64,000 nt of DNA. It comes from a virus. The notes under the pieces are model-generated. The model saw only the letters and a program-made list of their open reading frames with translations, did no database searches and was not told the DNA's origin. Positions within the stretch are counted from its first letter, which is position 1. The number at the start of each line of letters is the position of its first letter. The stretch covers positions 1 to 64,000 of the IMG/VR virus record IMGVR_UViG_3300023242_000001; one strand, given 5' to 3'. This document shows positions 16,651 through 25,825 of the stretch, piece after piece. The translations under genes were made by a program, and so were the position numbers.

Positions 16651-17682
16651 ATGATTTCCATCGAAACCCGCGACTACACCGGCGTCACCAGCGAGCAAGT
16701 CATCGCCGAGATGCTCAAGGAGAACACGGGAAGCGCCCTGTGCGACAGCGGCGGGGCTTACGGCCGCAACTGGTCGCGCAACGCCGGCCGCGACTTCGCC
16801 ACCGACCCCAAGTGCACCACGCGCTGGGACGTGATCGAGACCGCCAAGGCGTCCCGCGTCAGCGTCTCCTCCACTGTAAGCCTCTACCACTGGATGGTCG
16901 CCCACCTGGAGTTCGACGCCGAGCTGCAGCAGGATCTCGACACTTTCATGGCCGAGGAAGGGCTTGGGGACCTGGAGGCCGCCGACAACTTCGCCCAGCA
17001 CCTGTTCGATGCCGAGCGGCTGGCCAGCGAGCCCTACTGCGTCAACACCTCCAACCCCGTAGACGACGTCAACCTCTCGCAAGTCTTGCAGTTCCACGTC
17101 ATCACCATCGACGGCGACTACGAGCCCACGCACCTGATCCTGACGGTGCACGGCGGCTGCGACGTGCGCGACGGCTACACCGACCCCAAGTGCTTCCGGC
17201 TGCGCACCGAGTACGACGAGGCGATGAGCAACGCCAGGGCCAGCTACCTGGTCGCCGGGGAAGATGGCTGGCACATCCCGGACGGTTGCTGGCGCGACAT
17301 CGAGCGCTCCGAGCAGAACGCCACCGCTCACAGGAACCCGCTCGACCTGCCCGCCTACACCCCGCACAGCCTGATGCAGCGCGCCGAGGAAGAGTGGGAC
17401 GTGCCCGAGGCACTGCAGGACCTGAAAGACATGCACGAGGCGATCTACCGGGGCGACCTCCAACTCAACCGCCTGAAGGCGCAGGCCACCCGCAACCAAC
17501 CCGAGGAGACGCTGCTTGAGCATCTGCAGGCTGGGCGCGACGAGATGAGGGAGAAGGTCTTCGAGGCCGTCGCCGAACTCTCCGAGGAACTTGCCGAGGA
17601 CTTCATCTACGTCGAGGCCGGGCGCGCCTGGCTGGTGGTCGACGGATCTGCTGACGAGCTCAAGGTTGAAGTGAGCTTCTGA
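16651..17682 (+). CDS. Conserved acidic phage hypothetical protein
   Basis: ENTG..DSGGAYGRNW; HGGCDVRDGYT. Confidence 0.75.
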   Translation: MISIETRDYTGVTSEQVIAEMLKENTGSALCDSGGAYGRNWSRNAGRDFATDPKCTTRWDVIETAKASRVSVSSTVSLYHWMVAHLEFDAELQQDLDTFMAEEGLGDLEAADNFAQHLFDAERLASEPYCVNTSNPVDDVNLSQVLQFHVITIDGDYEPTHLILTVHGGCDVRDGYTDPKCFRLRTEYDEAMSNARASYLVAGEDGWHIPDGCWRDIERSEQNATAHRNPLDLPAYTPHSLMQRAEEEWDVPEALQDLKDMHEAIYRGDLQLNRLKAQATRNQPEETLLEHLQAGRDEMREKVFEAVAELSEELAEDFIYVEAGRAWLVVDGSADELKVEVSF

Positions 17683-17737
17683 CCGGCCTGCGGCCACAAC
17701 TGAAACTGCAACTGAAACTGAAACAGGACAACAACAC

Positions 17738-18046
17738 ATGCGTCAGACAAACTTTTTTCGGGTAGAGCGCTCCGGTGGCCAGTGGGCCATCACCGACCCA
17801 GATGTGGGCGGGCCAGCAGTGCTCGTGGATGCGGCCGTCGTGGCCGCCACCGAAATTGGGCGAGATTACGTCGAGGGTTTTTTGGTGGGGGTTCACGGTG
17901 TGAACCAAGCCGATGTCGAAGGTGCCCCGCAGTGGGCCCTGCGCGCCATCGGCATCTCTGCCCATCTGGCCGGCTTTGCCGCGCCGCGCGGCACCCGCCG
18001 CGTGCAACTGACGCAGGACGGTCGCATTGACCGAGACATCAGATGA
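17738..18046 (+). CDS. Hypothetical protein
   Basis: ORF after AGGA. Confidence 0.6.
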   Translation: MRQTNFFRVERSGGQWAITDPDVGGPAVLVDAAVVAATEIGRDYVEGFLVGVHGVNQADVEGAPQWALRAIGISAHLAGFAAPRGTRRVQLTQDGRIDRDIR

Positions 18047-18372
18047 CCGATTGGCTGAAGGACGGACCTCTGCACGAGGCAGGGGGCTTCAGCGTTGCCC
18101 GAGGCGGTGTGCAGATCCTCCTCGGCTACACGATCTCCAAGAGCGGACCTGTCCAGCTCTATGCGATCGAGAAGATGGGAGACCTGGCTCCCCGCATCTG
18201 GCTGAGCAGGTGGACCACGCGAGAGAGCGCGGTCCGAGACGCAGAAGACATGGTCTGCGTGATCGAGGAGTACCTCGACCAGATCAACGCACCCGTCCGC
18301 CCAGACGAAAACCTGGGACTGGACGATTTCATCGAACACCTTTCACTGAGAATTTCAAATGGACTTCACTGA
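18043..18372 (+). CDS. Hypothetical protein
   Basis: Coupled ORF. Confidence 0.6.
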   Translation: MTDWLKDGPLHEAGGFSVARGGVQILLGYTISKSGPVQLYAIEKMGDLAPRIWLSRWTTRESAVRDAEDMVCVIEEYLDQINAPVRPDENLGLDDFIEHLSLRISNGLH

Positions 18373-19729
18373 CCGCTTTCACGACACACTGGCCCGCCTC
18401 GCTGACACGCCCGGCAAGAAGGACAAGGAGGCCATCGTCTCGGGCATGAGCCTGGGCGAGATCTCCTTCGTGGCGTATGCCTTGGACCCCACCAAGCCCT
18501 TCTACATCGCCAAGCTCCCGCTGCCGGAGTGGGTACTGGACGGGCGCGGTCTGGACATGGTGCTGGACATGGGGCTGCTGCGTGCACTGACCGAACGGAC
18601 GATCACAGGCAACGCTGCCCTGCTGCGCATCGCTGAGCACTTCAGCCAACTCAACTGGAAGGCCGCGTCGATCTTGCACCGCTGCATCCTGAAGGACCTG
18701 CGCTGCGGCGTCGGCGCCGGCACCATCAACCGCGTGCACCCCGGAGCCGTGCCAGACTTCGCCTACATGCGCTGCTCCCTGCCCAAGGACGCCAAGCTTG
18801 ACCAGTGGCCCTGGGCCCAAGGCGTGTTCAGCCAGCTCAAAGCAGACGGCATGTTCGCCCGGATCCGGGTCGAGAACGGCGCCGCCCAGATTACCTCGCG
18901 CCAGGGTCTCACCTTTCCACGCGGAGCGCTGGCCGACATCGAGCGCGCCGCGCTGGAGCTGTTCCCCGACGGCGGCGTTGAACTGCACGGCGAACTCACC
19001 ATCAGGCAAGACGGCAAGCTGATGCACCGGAAGGACAGCAACGGTATCCTGAACAGCATGCAAGACGGCGGTGGGCTTCCCGAGGCCTGTACCGTCATGT
19101 ACGACGCCTGGGACTTGGTGCCGGCACGCCTTGCAGTGCCCGGCGGCCGAGACGAGACGCCCTATGTCAAGCGCTTCGCCGCGCTGCTCGACGTGGTGCG
19201 CAGCAGGCTCCAGGCCGTCATCGACGTCATCGAATACCGGATGGTGTACTCCCGCGCCGAGGCAGCGCAACACTTCAGCGAGACCTTGGCCAAGGGCCTG
19301 GAGGGCACCGTGGTCAAGCACTCCGGCATGCCCTGGTTTGACGGCGATAGCAAATTTCAAGTGAAGTACAAGGTCGAGTTCGAGGTCGACCTGAAGATCA
19401 CAGGCTTCAACCCTGGCGAGCCGGGCAAGCGCACCGAGGCCACGTTCGGCAGCCTCATCTGCGAGAGCGCCTGCGGCACGCTGCAGGTAGGCGTGAGCGG
19501 ACTCAAGCGGGAGATGGAGACCTACCTCCACGAGAACCGAGCCCTTGTCACCGGTGGCGTCATCACGGTGCGCGCCAACGACATCGTCATGCCCTCTGAC
19601 AGCAGCACACTCTACGCCCTGTCCCACCCGCGGTTCGTCGAGCTGCGGCGCGACAAGGGCGAGGCAGACACCCTGCCCCACATCATCAACCAACTGGAAG
19701 CGGCGAGAGCCGGGAAAGCGACAACGTGA
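18359..19729 (+). CDS. ATP-dependent DNA ligase
   Basis: KADG motif I, LHGEL, EGTVVK, KYK, OB-fold HPRF..RRDK. Confidence 0.92.
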   Translation: MDFTDRFHDTLARLADTPGKKDKEAIVSGMSLGEISFVAYALDPTKPFYIAKLPLPEWVLDGRGLDMVLDMGLLRALTERTITGNAALLRIAEHFSQLNWKAASILHRCILKDLRCGVGAGTINRVHPGAVPDFAYMRCSLPKDAKLDQWPWAQGVFSQLKADGMFARIRVENGAAQITSRQGLTFPRGALADIERAALELFPDGGVELHGELTIRQDGKLMHRKDSNGILNSMQDGGGLPEACTVMYDAWDLVPARLAVPGGRDETPYVKRFAALLDVVRSRLQAVIDVIEYRMVYSRAEAAQHFSETLAKGLEGTVVKHSGMPWFDGDSKFQVKYKVEFEVDLKITGFNPGEPGKRTEATFGSLICESACGTLQVGVSGLKREMETYLHENRALVTGGVITVRANDIVMPSDSSTLYALSHPRFVELRRDKGEADTLPHIINQLEAARAGKATT

Positions 19730-20166
19730 TCATCAATTACTCACCACACACCCACGACGACTACGGCTGGACGCGCAAGAGCCACCTGCTCATGGATCCA
19801 CCGGTCTGGAACCTTGGCTGGCTGTCCTGGGACTTCACCCAGGGCCCGCACCCAGACCACAATTTCAGCGTCGTCTGCTACCACTCAGCCAACCACCAGC
19901 TTGACGGCGGCGGGCGCGTCGCCCCCGGCATGGTGCCGGATCACAAGCTGGTGCGCAGCCTGATGGCGCTTGCGCCCCAGGCCATGCTGCAGCGCCTGGT
20001 GCGCAGTCCGGCGTTCCCCAAGCTCGAGCTGTACCAGGCCTACGGGCCAGGCTGGGTGTCGAGCTTCATGGCGCGCTCGATGACGTGGCAAGACCCAAGA
20101 ATCGACCACAACAGGGACGATGTGCGGGATACTTCGCAAGCCCTGGCGCTGTTGTCCAGGTTTTGA
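19726..20166 (+). CDS. Hypothetical protein
   Basis: Coupled ORF. Confidence 0.55.
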   Translation: MIINYSPHTHDDYGWTRKSHLLMDPPVWNLGWLSWDFTQGPHPDHNFSVVCYHSANHQLDGGGRVAPGMVPDHKLVRSLMALAPQAMLQRLVRSPAFPKLELYQAYGPGWVSSFMARSMTWQDPRIDHNRDDVRDTSQALALLSRF

Positions 20167-20183
20167 GTCCAAGGAGATCACCA

Positions 20184-20405
20184 ATGGCAACCCTGAATCG
20201 AGCCCAGGCCAAGCGCCTGGTTGATGCCGGTGCTGCAACGCAGTTCACCGTCAACTACAACGCCGAGAACAACACCACCTACGGCGTGCTGAACAACATT
20301 GGCTCGGGCAAAGCAGACCTGCATCGGGTCGACCACTACCCGATCGGCACAGGCGACCTGCGGGGCGAAGTGCCTGAGACGACACCAACATTTGACCGAA
20401 CCTGA
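20184..20405 (+). CDS. Hypothetical protein
   Basis: AAGGAG RBS. Confidence 0.6.
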   Translation: MATLNRAQAKRLVDAGAATQFTVNYNAENNTTYGVLNNIGSGKADLHRVDHYPIGTGDLRGEVPETTPTFDRT

Positions 20406-20414
20406 AAGAACCGC

Positions 20415-20627
20415 ATGAACAAAGAGCTTGCCCTCGCCGTCGCTGCTGAGACCGGGGACGACCCCGACAAGGTCGAGGCCGTGGTCCGTGCCCACCAGAA
20501 CAACTACCCCGGCTCCTGGCGGGACTGGGAGATGGCCGAGAAAGTGCCCAGCATGGTCAAGCTGATGCGCACTGCGCGGGACGCCAAAGAGACATCACCC
20601 GAGCGCATCGCCCGACTCGACTGGTAA
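20415..20627 (+). CDS. Hypothetical protein
   Basis: ORF in operon. Confidence 0.55.
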   Translation: MNKELALAVAAETGDDPDKVEAVVRAHQNNYPGSWRDWEMAEKVPSMVKLMRTARDAKETSPERIARLDW

Positions 20628-20682
20628 ACCCAACCCCATCCCGTCAACTGGCGGATCTACCCCTCTCCCGAAGTACAAAACC

Positions 20683-22098
20683 ATGACGCCATACGAGCAA
20701 GCCAGGGAGCGATTTAATTTCCCCTTTCCCCTGCGCCCCTACCAAATCGACTCCGTCAACCAGCTGTGCGAAAACCCCCTCGCCGGCTACTACTGGGAGC
20801 CCGGCGCGGGCAAAACCTCCGGCGCCACCCACCAAGCCCTGTACGAAATCATCCGAGGCAACGCCGGTTGCTGGGTCATCGTGGTGCCCCCGATCCTGAT
20901 CCCGCAGTGGGCCACCTGGATCCGTAAGGTCACCGACAAGACCACCGGCAAAGCGCTCACCGCCGTCGAGTACAAAGGCACCCCCAAGCAACGGACTGCG
21001 CTCGACCTGAACGTCGACGTCGTTGTGCTCTCGTACCAGGTCTTCAAGCTCGACTTCGAGTCGCTGTGGGAGCGCATCAAACCGCGCCGCCCGGGCTTGA
21101 TCTGCGACGAGGCCACCGCCATCAAGAACATCACCACCGACACGCACCGTGCGGTGGCCCTGTTCGCCGAGGGTGCACCGCTCCTGCTGCTCACCGGCAC
21201 ACCACTGAACAAGCCGGGCGACGCCTACGGCTACATGAAGTTGATCGCACCGGGCCTGTACCGCAACCAGCGCATGTTCGACCGCATGCACATCGAGGAG
21301 ACCGACGAGTACAACAAGGTCATCAAGTGGGCCAACCTTGACATCCTCGAGCGCAACATGAAGGTGAACTCGCACCGCATCCTGATCCGTGAGCATGTCA
21401 AAGACATGCCACCGGTGCAGTTCACCCCGATCGTCTACGACCTTGAGAAAGAGCACCTGAAGCTCTACCAGCGCATCGCCGAGGAGCGCCTGCTGCAGGC
21501 CGAGGACGGCAGCGGCTACATCGACGCCATCAGCAGCAGCAAGCTGCGCGCCGCGCTGCAGCAGGTCATCCTCAACTGGGGGCACTTCGCTGACGACCCG
21601 AGCAAGGAGCCCGCCGCGCTCGAGCTGATTTACCAGACGCTGGACGAGATCGCCGAGCGCAAGCTGGTGGTCGTGGCGAACTTTCGCCGCTCCAACGCCT
21701 ACCTGCTTGAGAAGCTCGGGCCAACCTACGGCGCCGTGGCCATCTACGGTGACGTGAGCCCAAAGGGCAAGCAACTTGCGCTGAAGAAATTCACCGAGTC
21801 CGATGCCTGCCGAGTCATCATTTTGCACCCCGAGAGCGCCGGCTTCGGTGTCGACGGACTGCAGCACGTTTGTCACGACATGCTGGTGGTCGAGGCGCCA
21901 ACAACGCCCACACCGTTCAACCAGGTGGTCGCGCGTTTGGATCGGGACGGCCAGAAAAGTTCCGTAAACTGCCGGGTCGCAATCGCTCGCAGTACCGTGC
22001 AGGCCCGGATGTTCCGGGGTCTTTTGGAGAAGGACGCTCTGGTCAACTCAGTGCAGGGTTCCTTTCAGGATCTGCGCGATGCGATCTTTGGAGACTGA
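20683..22098 (+). CDS. SNF2-like SF2 helicase
   Basis: LRPYQ, GAGKT, CDEAT, LTGTP, Q..AR..RDGQ. Confidence 0.88.
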   Translation: MTPYEQARERFNFPFPLRPYQIDSVNQLCENPLAGYYWEPGAGKTSGATHQALYEIIRGNAGCWVIVVPPILIPQWATWIRKVTDKTTGKALTAVEYKGTPKQRTALDLNVDVVVLSYQVFKLDFESLWERIKPRRPGLICDEATAIKNITTDTHRAVALFAEGAPLLLLTGTPLNKPGDAYGYMKLIAPGLYRNQRMFDRMHIEETDEYNKVIKWANLDILERNMKVNSHRILIREHVKDMPPVQFTPIVYDLEKEHLKLYQRIAEERLLQAEDGSGYIDAISSSKLRAALQQVILNWGHFADDPSKEPAALELIYQTLDEIAERKLVVVANFRRSNAYLLEKLGPTYGAVAIYGDVSPKGKQLALKKFTESDACRVIILHPESAGFGVDGLQHVCHDMLVVEAPTTPTPFNQVVARLDRDGQKSSVNCRVAIARSTVQARMFRGLLEKDALVNSVQGSFQDLRDAIFGD

Positions 22099-22100
22099 TC

Positions 22101-22601
22101 ATGGCAAAGACCTTTTTAGACGACAAGGAAAGTTTCCAGGCCATCGTCGAGCAGTTGCCCGACGACGAGTTGGAGATCTACCGAAGCATGGGGGCGCTGA
22201 CCCTTACCAGCGTTTTCCCCAACCGCGTGTTGGTCATTTACACATTGCGAGGAAGTAAACCCACAAACATCGAACTCATCACGATCGGCGACATCGGCAT
22301 CACCAGGAGGGGTGGCCCCACACTGGAGATGTCGGCCCCAGGCAAGCACCTAGAGCTTGGCGTGCTGCCTCAGCGCTGGTTTGGTCGAGACCTGTTTTTT
22401 CAGGTGCCTCAAAACTTCACACTGAGGTGGCTTGGAAAAAGAACTGCACAAGACGGGCCGATGGGAGTACACTTTGCCGCCTCGTCTGCTGTGTTGGTTC
22501 GCTCAAGGAGCCGCCCACACATGAAGATGGAGGGTGAGACCTACTCTGAGACCCTTAACGAGTTCAGAGAAAAGTACCCGGGGGATACACCCCGGTACTG
22601 A
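22101..22601 (+). CDS. Hypothetical protein
   Basis: GGAG RBS, MAKTFLDD. Confidence 0.65.
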   Translation: MAKTFLDDKESFQAIVEQLPDDELEIYRSMGALTLTSVFPNRVLVIYTLRGSKPTNIELITIGDIGITRRGGPTLEMSAPGKHLELGVLPQRWFGRDLFFQVPQNFTLRWLGKRTAQDGPMGVHFAASSAVLVRSRSRPHMKMEGETYSETLNEFREKYPGDTPRY

Positions 22602-22655
22602 GTTTCAGCGATAGAGCCCCACAGAGGGCAGCCAATAAAAATAAGAACAGGCTGT

Positions 22656-22862
22656 ATGACAATTTCCAATTTGGGCGCCCTCGGCGCCTCTTTCTCGACG
22701 CCCCGCACACCTGATGCGAGCACAAACCCAACCACGCACTTGAGCACCGGCTACGCCGGCGATCACCAGCTGCGCCTGAACATCGGGAACCCCCTCGCGG
22801 GAGACTCCCACACGGCCCCCGCGGCCTCCAAGCGACAACTCCACATCGGCTGCACCATTTAA
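22656..22862 (+). CDS. Small hypothetical protein
   Basis: ORF after an (AAN)5 leader. Confidence 0.4.
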   Translation: MTISNLGALGASFSTPRTPDASTNPTTHLSTGYAGDHQLRLNIGNPLAGDSHTAPAASKRQLHIGCTI

Positions 22863-22871
22863 GGGGCACGC

Positions 22872-25769
22872 ATGACGACACCGACATCAACCTTCTGGTT
22901 CCAGAGGGCTGGCGGCGAGGACGCGTGGCTGGAAGCCCCTGCGTCCCTTCGTTCCCAGGTTCTCAACGACACAAAGCCCGCATTCACCACCATCCTCGAC
23001 GCCTTCAGTTCCCCAGACGAAAGCTGGGGCCGCGACGACTTCGCGGCCATGCGCTACATCGGACCGATGTACTTTGACTTCGACGCTGAAGACATTGCGG
23101 ACACCATCACAGCCCTCGGCGAATTTCTCGACAAGCTCGAAGGCTTCGGCGTCAACCTTGACGCGCTGAGGCTCTACGCCACCGGCGGACGTGGGTTTCA
23201 CATCGAAATCCCCATGCCAGTGTTCGTGGCCAAGGCCCCGCGCAACGGCGTGCTGGGCATGCCTTACGTCTTCAAGGAAATCGCCTACGAGCTGGTCGTC
23301 GACACGCTGGACTTGCGGGTCTACACGGGTCGCAAGGGCCGCATGTGGCGCACCCCCGGCATTGAGCGCAGCAACGGCTTGTACAAGGTGCCGCTGACCA
23401 CGGCGCAGGCCCGGGCGATGACGCCCGAGCTGTACGCCGAGCTGTGCGCCGCGCCGATCGCCGAGCCCAAGCGGGCTGACCCGACGCTCAACCCGACCCT
23501 GGCCGCGATGTTCCTCAAGGCCGAGAGCAAGGTAGCCGAGGCTGGCAAGCGCCGAGCCAAAGCTGGCGGCGCCGACGAAGCGCTGCTCGCCAAGTTCAAA
23601 GGCCAATGGCCTGACACCGTCAAGATGATCATGGCCGGCGAGGGCCTGCTCGACAACGTGGGCTTTCACAAGATCGCCATGCAGTTGGCGATCACCGCCA
23701 ACGCTCTGGGCAAGACGGCCGACCAGCTTGTCGAAGAAAGCCGGGACCTCTGCAAGAACTACTCCGGCGACTCCGGGCGCTACGGCTCACCCCGCAAGCG
23801 CAAGGAGGAACTGCGGCGGATGTGGGATTACACCCACGACAACTTTGTCTACAGCTACTCCCGTGGCGGGCTGCGCGCGCTGCTCGGGCCCGACACACCC
23901 TCCAGCGACCTCGACGGCGTCAGCGGCGCCGCGGTCAACCTGGGCAGCGTGCCGAGTTCCGACGACCTCGACGCAGACGTCGACGCTGAGACAGAAGCCG
24001 AGATCAGCTCAGCCCAAAACTCGCTGCTCGAGGGTTTGATGATCACCCGCACCGGCGTTCACAAGCGTACCGCTGAAGGTGTTCGCACCATCAGCAACAT
24101 CGCTTTTGCTTCGCCCACACAACTGCTCGACCCCGAGGACAACACAGTGCTCGGCATCACCGCCGACGTCCTGTCCGACGGCGTGCGCCAGGGCCGCATC
24201 ACGCTGGCCGGGCGCGCGTTCACCAGCCGCGCCAACCTGAGTGCTTGGTGCGCCAACTACGGCGGAGTCTTCTCAGGCTCCGATACCCAGGCCGGCGTGG
24301 TGCAGCTGTTGCTGTCCCGCGATGCCAAAGAAAAAGGACGTGTCATGTATGCACTTCGCAAAGAGGGCCTGGACGTCGTCCAGAACCCCTTGATCCCTGA
24401 CCGCAGCGTGTTCGACGTTGTCTTCGTCCACCGCGACCGCGTCGTGTGCGACAACAGCGCCGCGCAGTATGTGTTCCAACCATTGGTTGCCGATGGCGCG
24501 CTGTTCCTCTCCGACGTGCACAACGCGCCGGAGATCACACGCACCGAGGAGACCGAGGCGTTCATCCACAACCTGCTTGACATGAACGACCCCTCGGTCG
24601 TCGCCCCCATGCTCGGGTGGTTCGTGAGCTGCTTTCACAAGCAGTTCTACCAGCGCGCGTTCAGCCAGTTTCCACTGCTGCACCCCAACGGCCCGGCCGG
24701 CAGCGGCAAGACTCTGACAGCGATGCTGATGGCGCGCTTGTTCTTCTTGAAGAACCCGGTGGCGATGAAGTCCTGTGCTTCGCACACCACCACCGACTTC
24801 TCGCTCAAGTCGTTCCTGACCGGATCGGCCTCGCCACCGGTGCTGCTCGACGAGTACAAGCCCAGCGAGCTGATCCAAAAGCGGGTCGACCTGTTGCTGC
24901 AGTCGTTCCGGTTGGCCTACAACCAGGGATCAGGTTCGTCGGGCGGCATGTCTCGCGGCGGGGCCACAAGCTCCTTTCGCGAGGTGGCCGACTACACCTA
25001 CTCGACACCGGTGTGCTTCATGGCCGAGAGCCAGGAGACGCAGACCGCGATCGTGCAGCGCTGCGTGCCGGTGTCGTTCAACCAGGTCATGTCCAACGAG
25101 CACACGGCGCAGTTCAACGCCGTGAGTGACAAGGCCCACCTCATGGCCAGCCTGGGGCGCCTGATCCTGCGCTACTCCTACAGCGAGACGGTCGAGTCGC
25201 GCCACAGGGCGCTCTCCCCGGTGATCGACGCCCTGACCAAGACGCTGGATGCCAACGTCCACCCGCGCCAGATCTACAACTTGGCCGTGGTCACCGAGGG
25301 CATCAACTACCTCGAGCGCGTCCTGAAGCCGGTGTTTGGCGAGGCGTTCACCGCCCGGTTCGAGACCCTGCGCACCGCTCTGTTCGAGCACCGCATGGAG
25401 ATCAGCTCGGGCGTCATGTCCGAGGCCGCCAAGACGATGAACGACATCGCCTTGATCTCGCGCTCCGAGGACTTCGACAGCGAGTTCGCGATCCGCGAGG
25501 GTCACGAATACATCATCACCGACGGGCACATCGACATGCTGATGCGCGAGACGTTCGTGAAGTATTTCTCCTGGTGCAAGCGCAAGGGCTTTCCACCGTT
25601 TTACCAATCCGTTGAGTCTTTTAGCGTGGCGATGAACAAGTTCCCGCCCACCAAAGACCGCACCTGTTTGACCTCTCCGCTTCGCAAGAGCGGGAAGTCA
25701 AAGATCTTCCGATTTAGCCTTGCCGGGCTGGGTTTGGAAGGAGTTGATGAGTTCAAGACGAAGGGGTGA
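22872..25769 (+). CDS. Primase-helicase (AEP-type primase plus P-loop NTPase)
   Basis: YFDFD, TGGRGFH, GPAGSGKT, VLLDE. Confidence 0.85.
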   Translation: MTTPTSTFWFQRAGGEDAWLEAPASLRSQVLNDTKPAFTTILDAFSSPDESWGRDDFAAMRYIGPMYFDFDAEDIADTITALGEFLDKLEGFGVNLDALRLYATGGRGFHIEIPMPVFVAKAPRNGVLGMPYVFKEIAYELVVDTLDLRVYTGRKGRMWRTPGIERSNGLYKVPLTTAQARAMTPELYAELCAAPIAEPKRADPTLNPTLAAMFLKAESKVAEAGKRRAKAGGADEALLAKFKGQWPDTVKMIMAGEGLLDNVGFHKIAMQLAITANALGKTADQLVEESRDLCKNYSGDSGRYGSPRKRKEELRRMWDYTHDNFVYSYSRGGLRALLGPDTPSSDLDGVSGAAVNLGSVPSSDDLDADVDAETEAEISSAQNSLLEGLMITRTGVHKRTAEGVRTISNIAFASPTQLLDPEDNTVLGITADVLSDGVRQGRITLAGRAFTSRANLSAWCANYGGVFSGSDTQAGVVQLLLSRDAKEKGRVMYALRKEGLDVVQNPLIPDRSVFDVVFVHRDRVVCDNSAAQYVFQPLVADGALFLSDVHNAPEITRTEETEAFIHNLLDMNDPSVVAPMLGWFVSCFHKQFYQRAFSQFPLLHPNGPAGSGKTLTAMLMARLFFLKNPVAMKSCASHTTTDFSLKSFLTGSASPPVLLDEYKPSELIQKRVDLLLQSFRLAYNQGSGSSGGMSRGGATSSFREVADYTYSTPVCFMAESQETQTAIVQRCVPVSFNQVMSNEHTAQFNAVSDKAHLMASLGRLILRYSYSETVESRHRALSPVIDALTKTLDANVHPRQIYNLAVVTEGINYLERVLKPVFGEAFTARFETLRTALFEHRMEISSGVMSEAAKTMNDIALISRSEDFDSEFAIREGHEYIITDGHIDMLMRETFVKYFSWCKRKGFPPFYQSVESFSVAMNKFPPTKDRTCLTSPLRKSGKSKIFRFSLAGLGLEGVDEFKTKG

Positions 25770-25825
25770 GACCCGTAGCTGAACTCGATTTTTGTCACTG
25801 AAACTGAAAACCTAGGAACTCTATC

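Noticed and set aside
958-16653. RAYT repeats as a CRISPR array or integron attC sites
   Set aside because: Spacing is irregular and gene-sized, the stems covary instead of being identical, no cas genes are present, and there are no RYYYAAC/GTTRRRY ends or extrahelical bases
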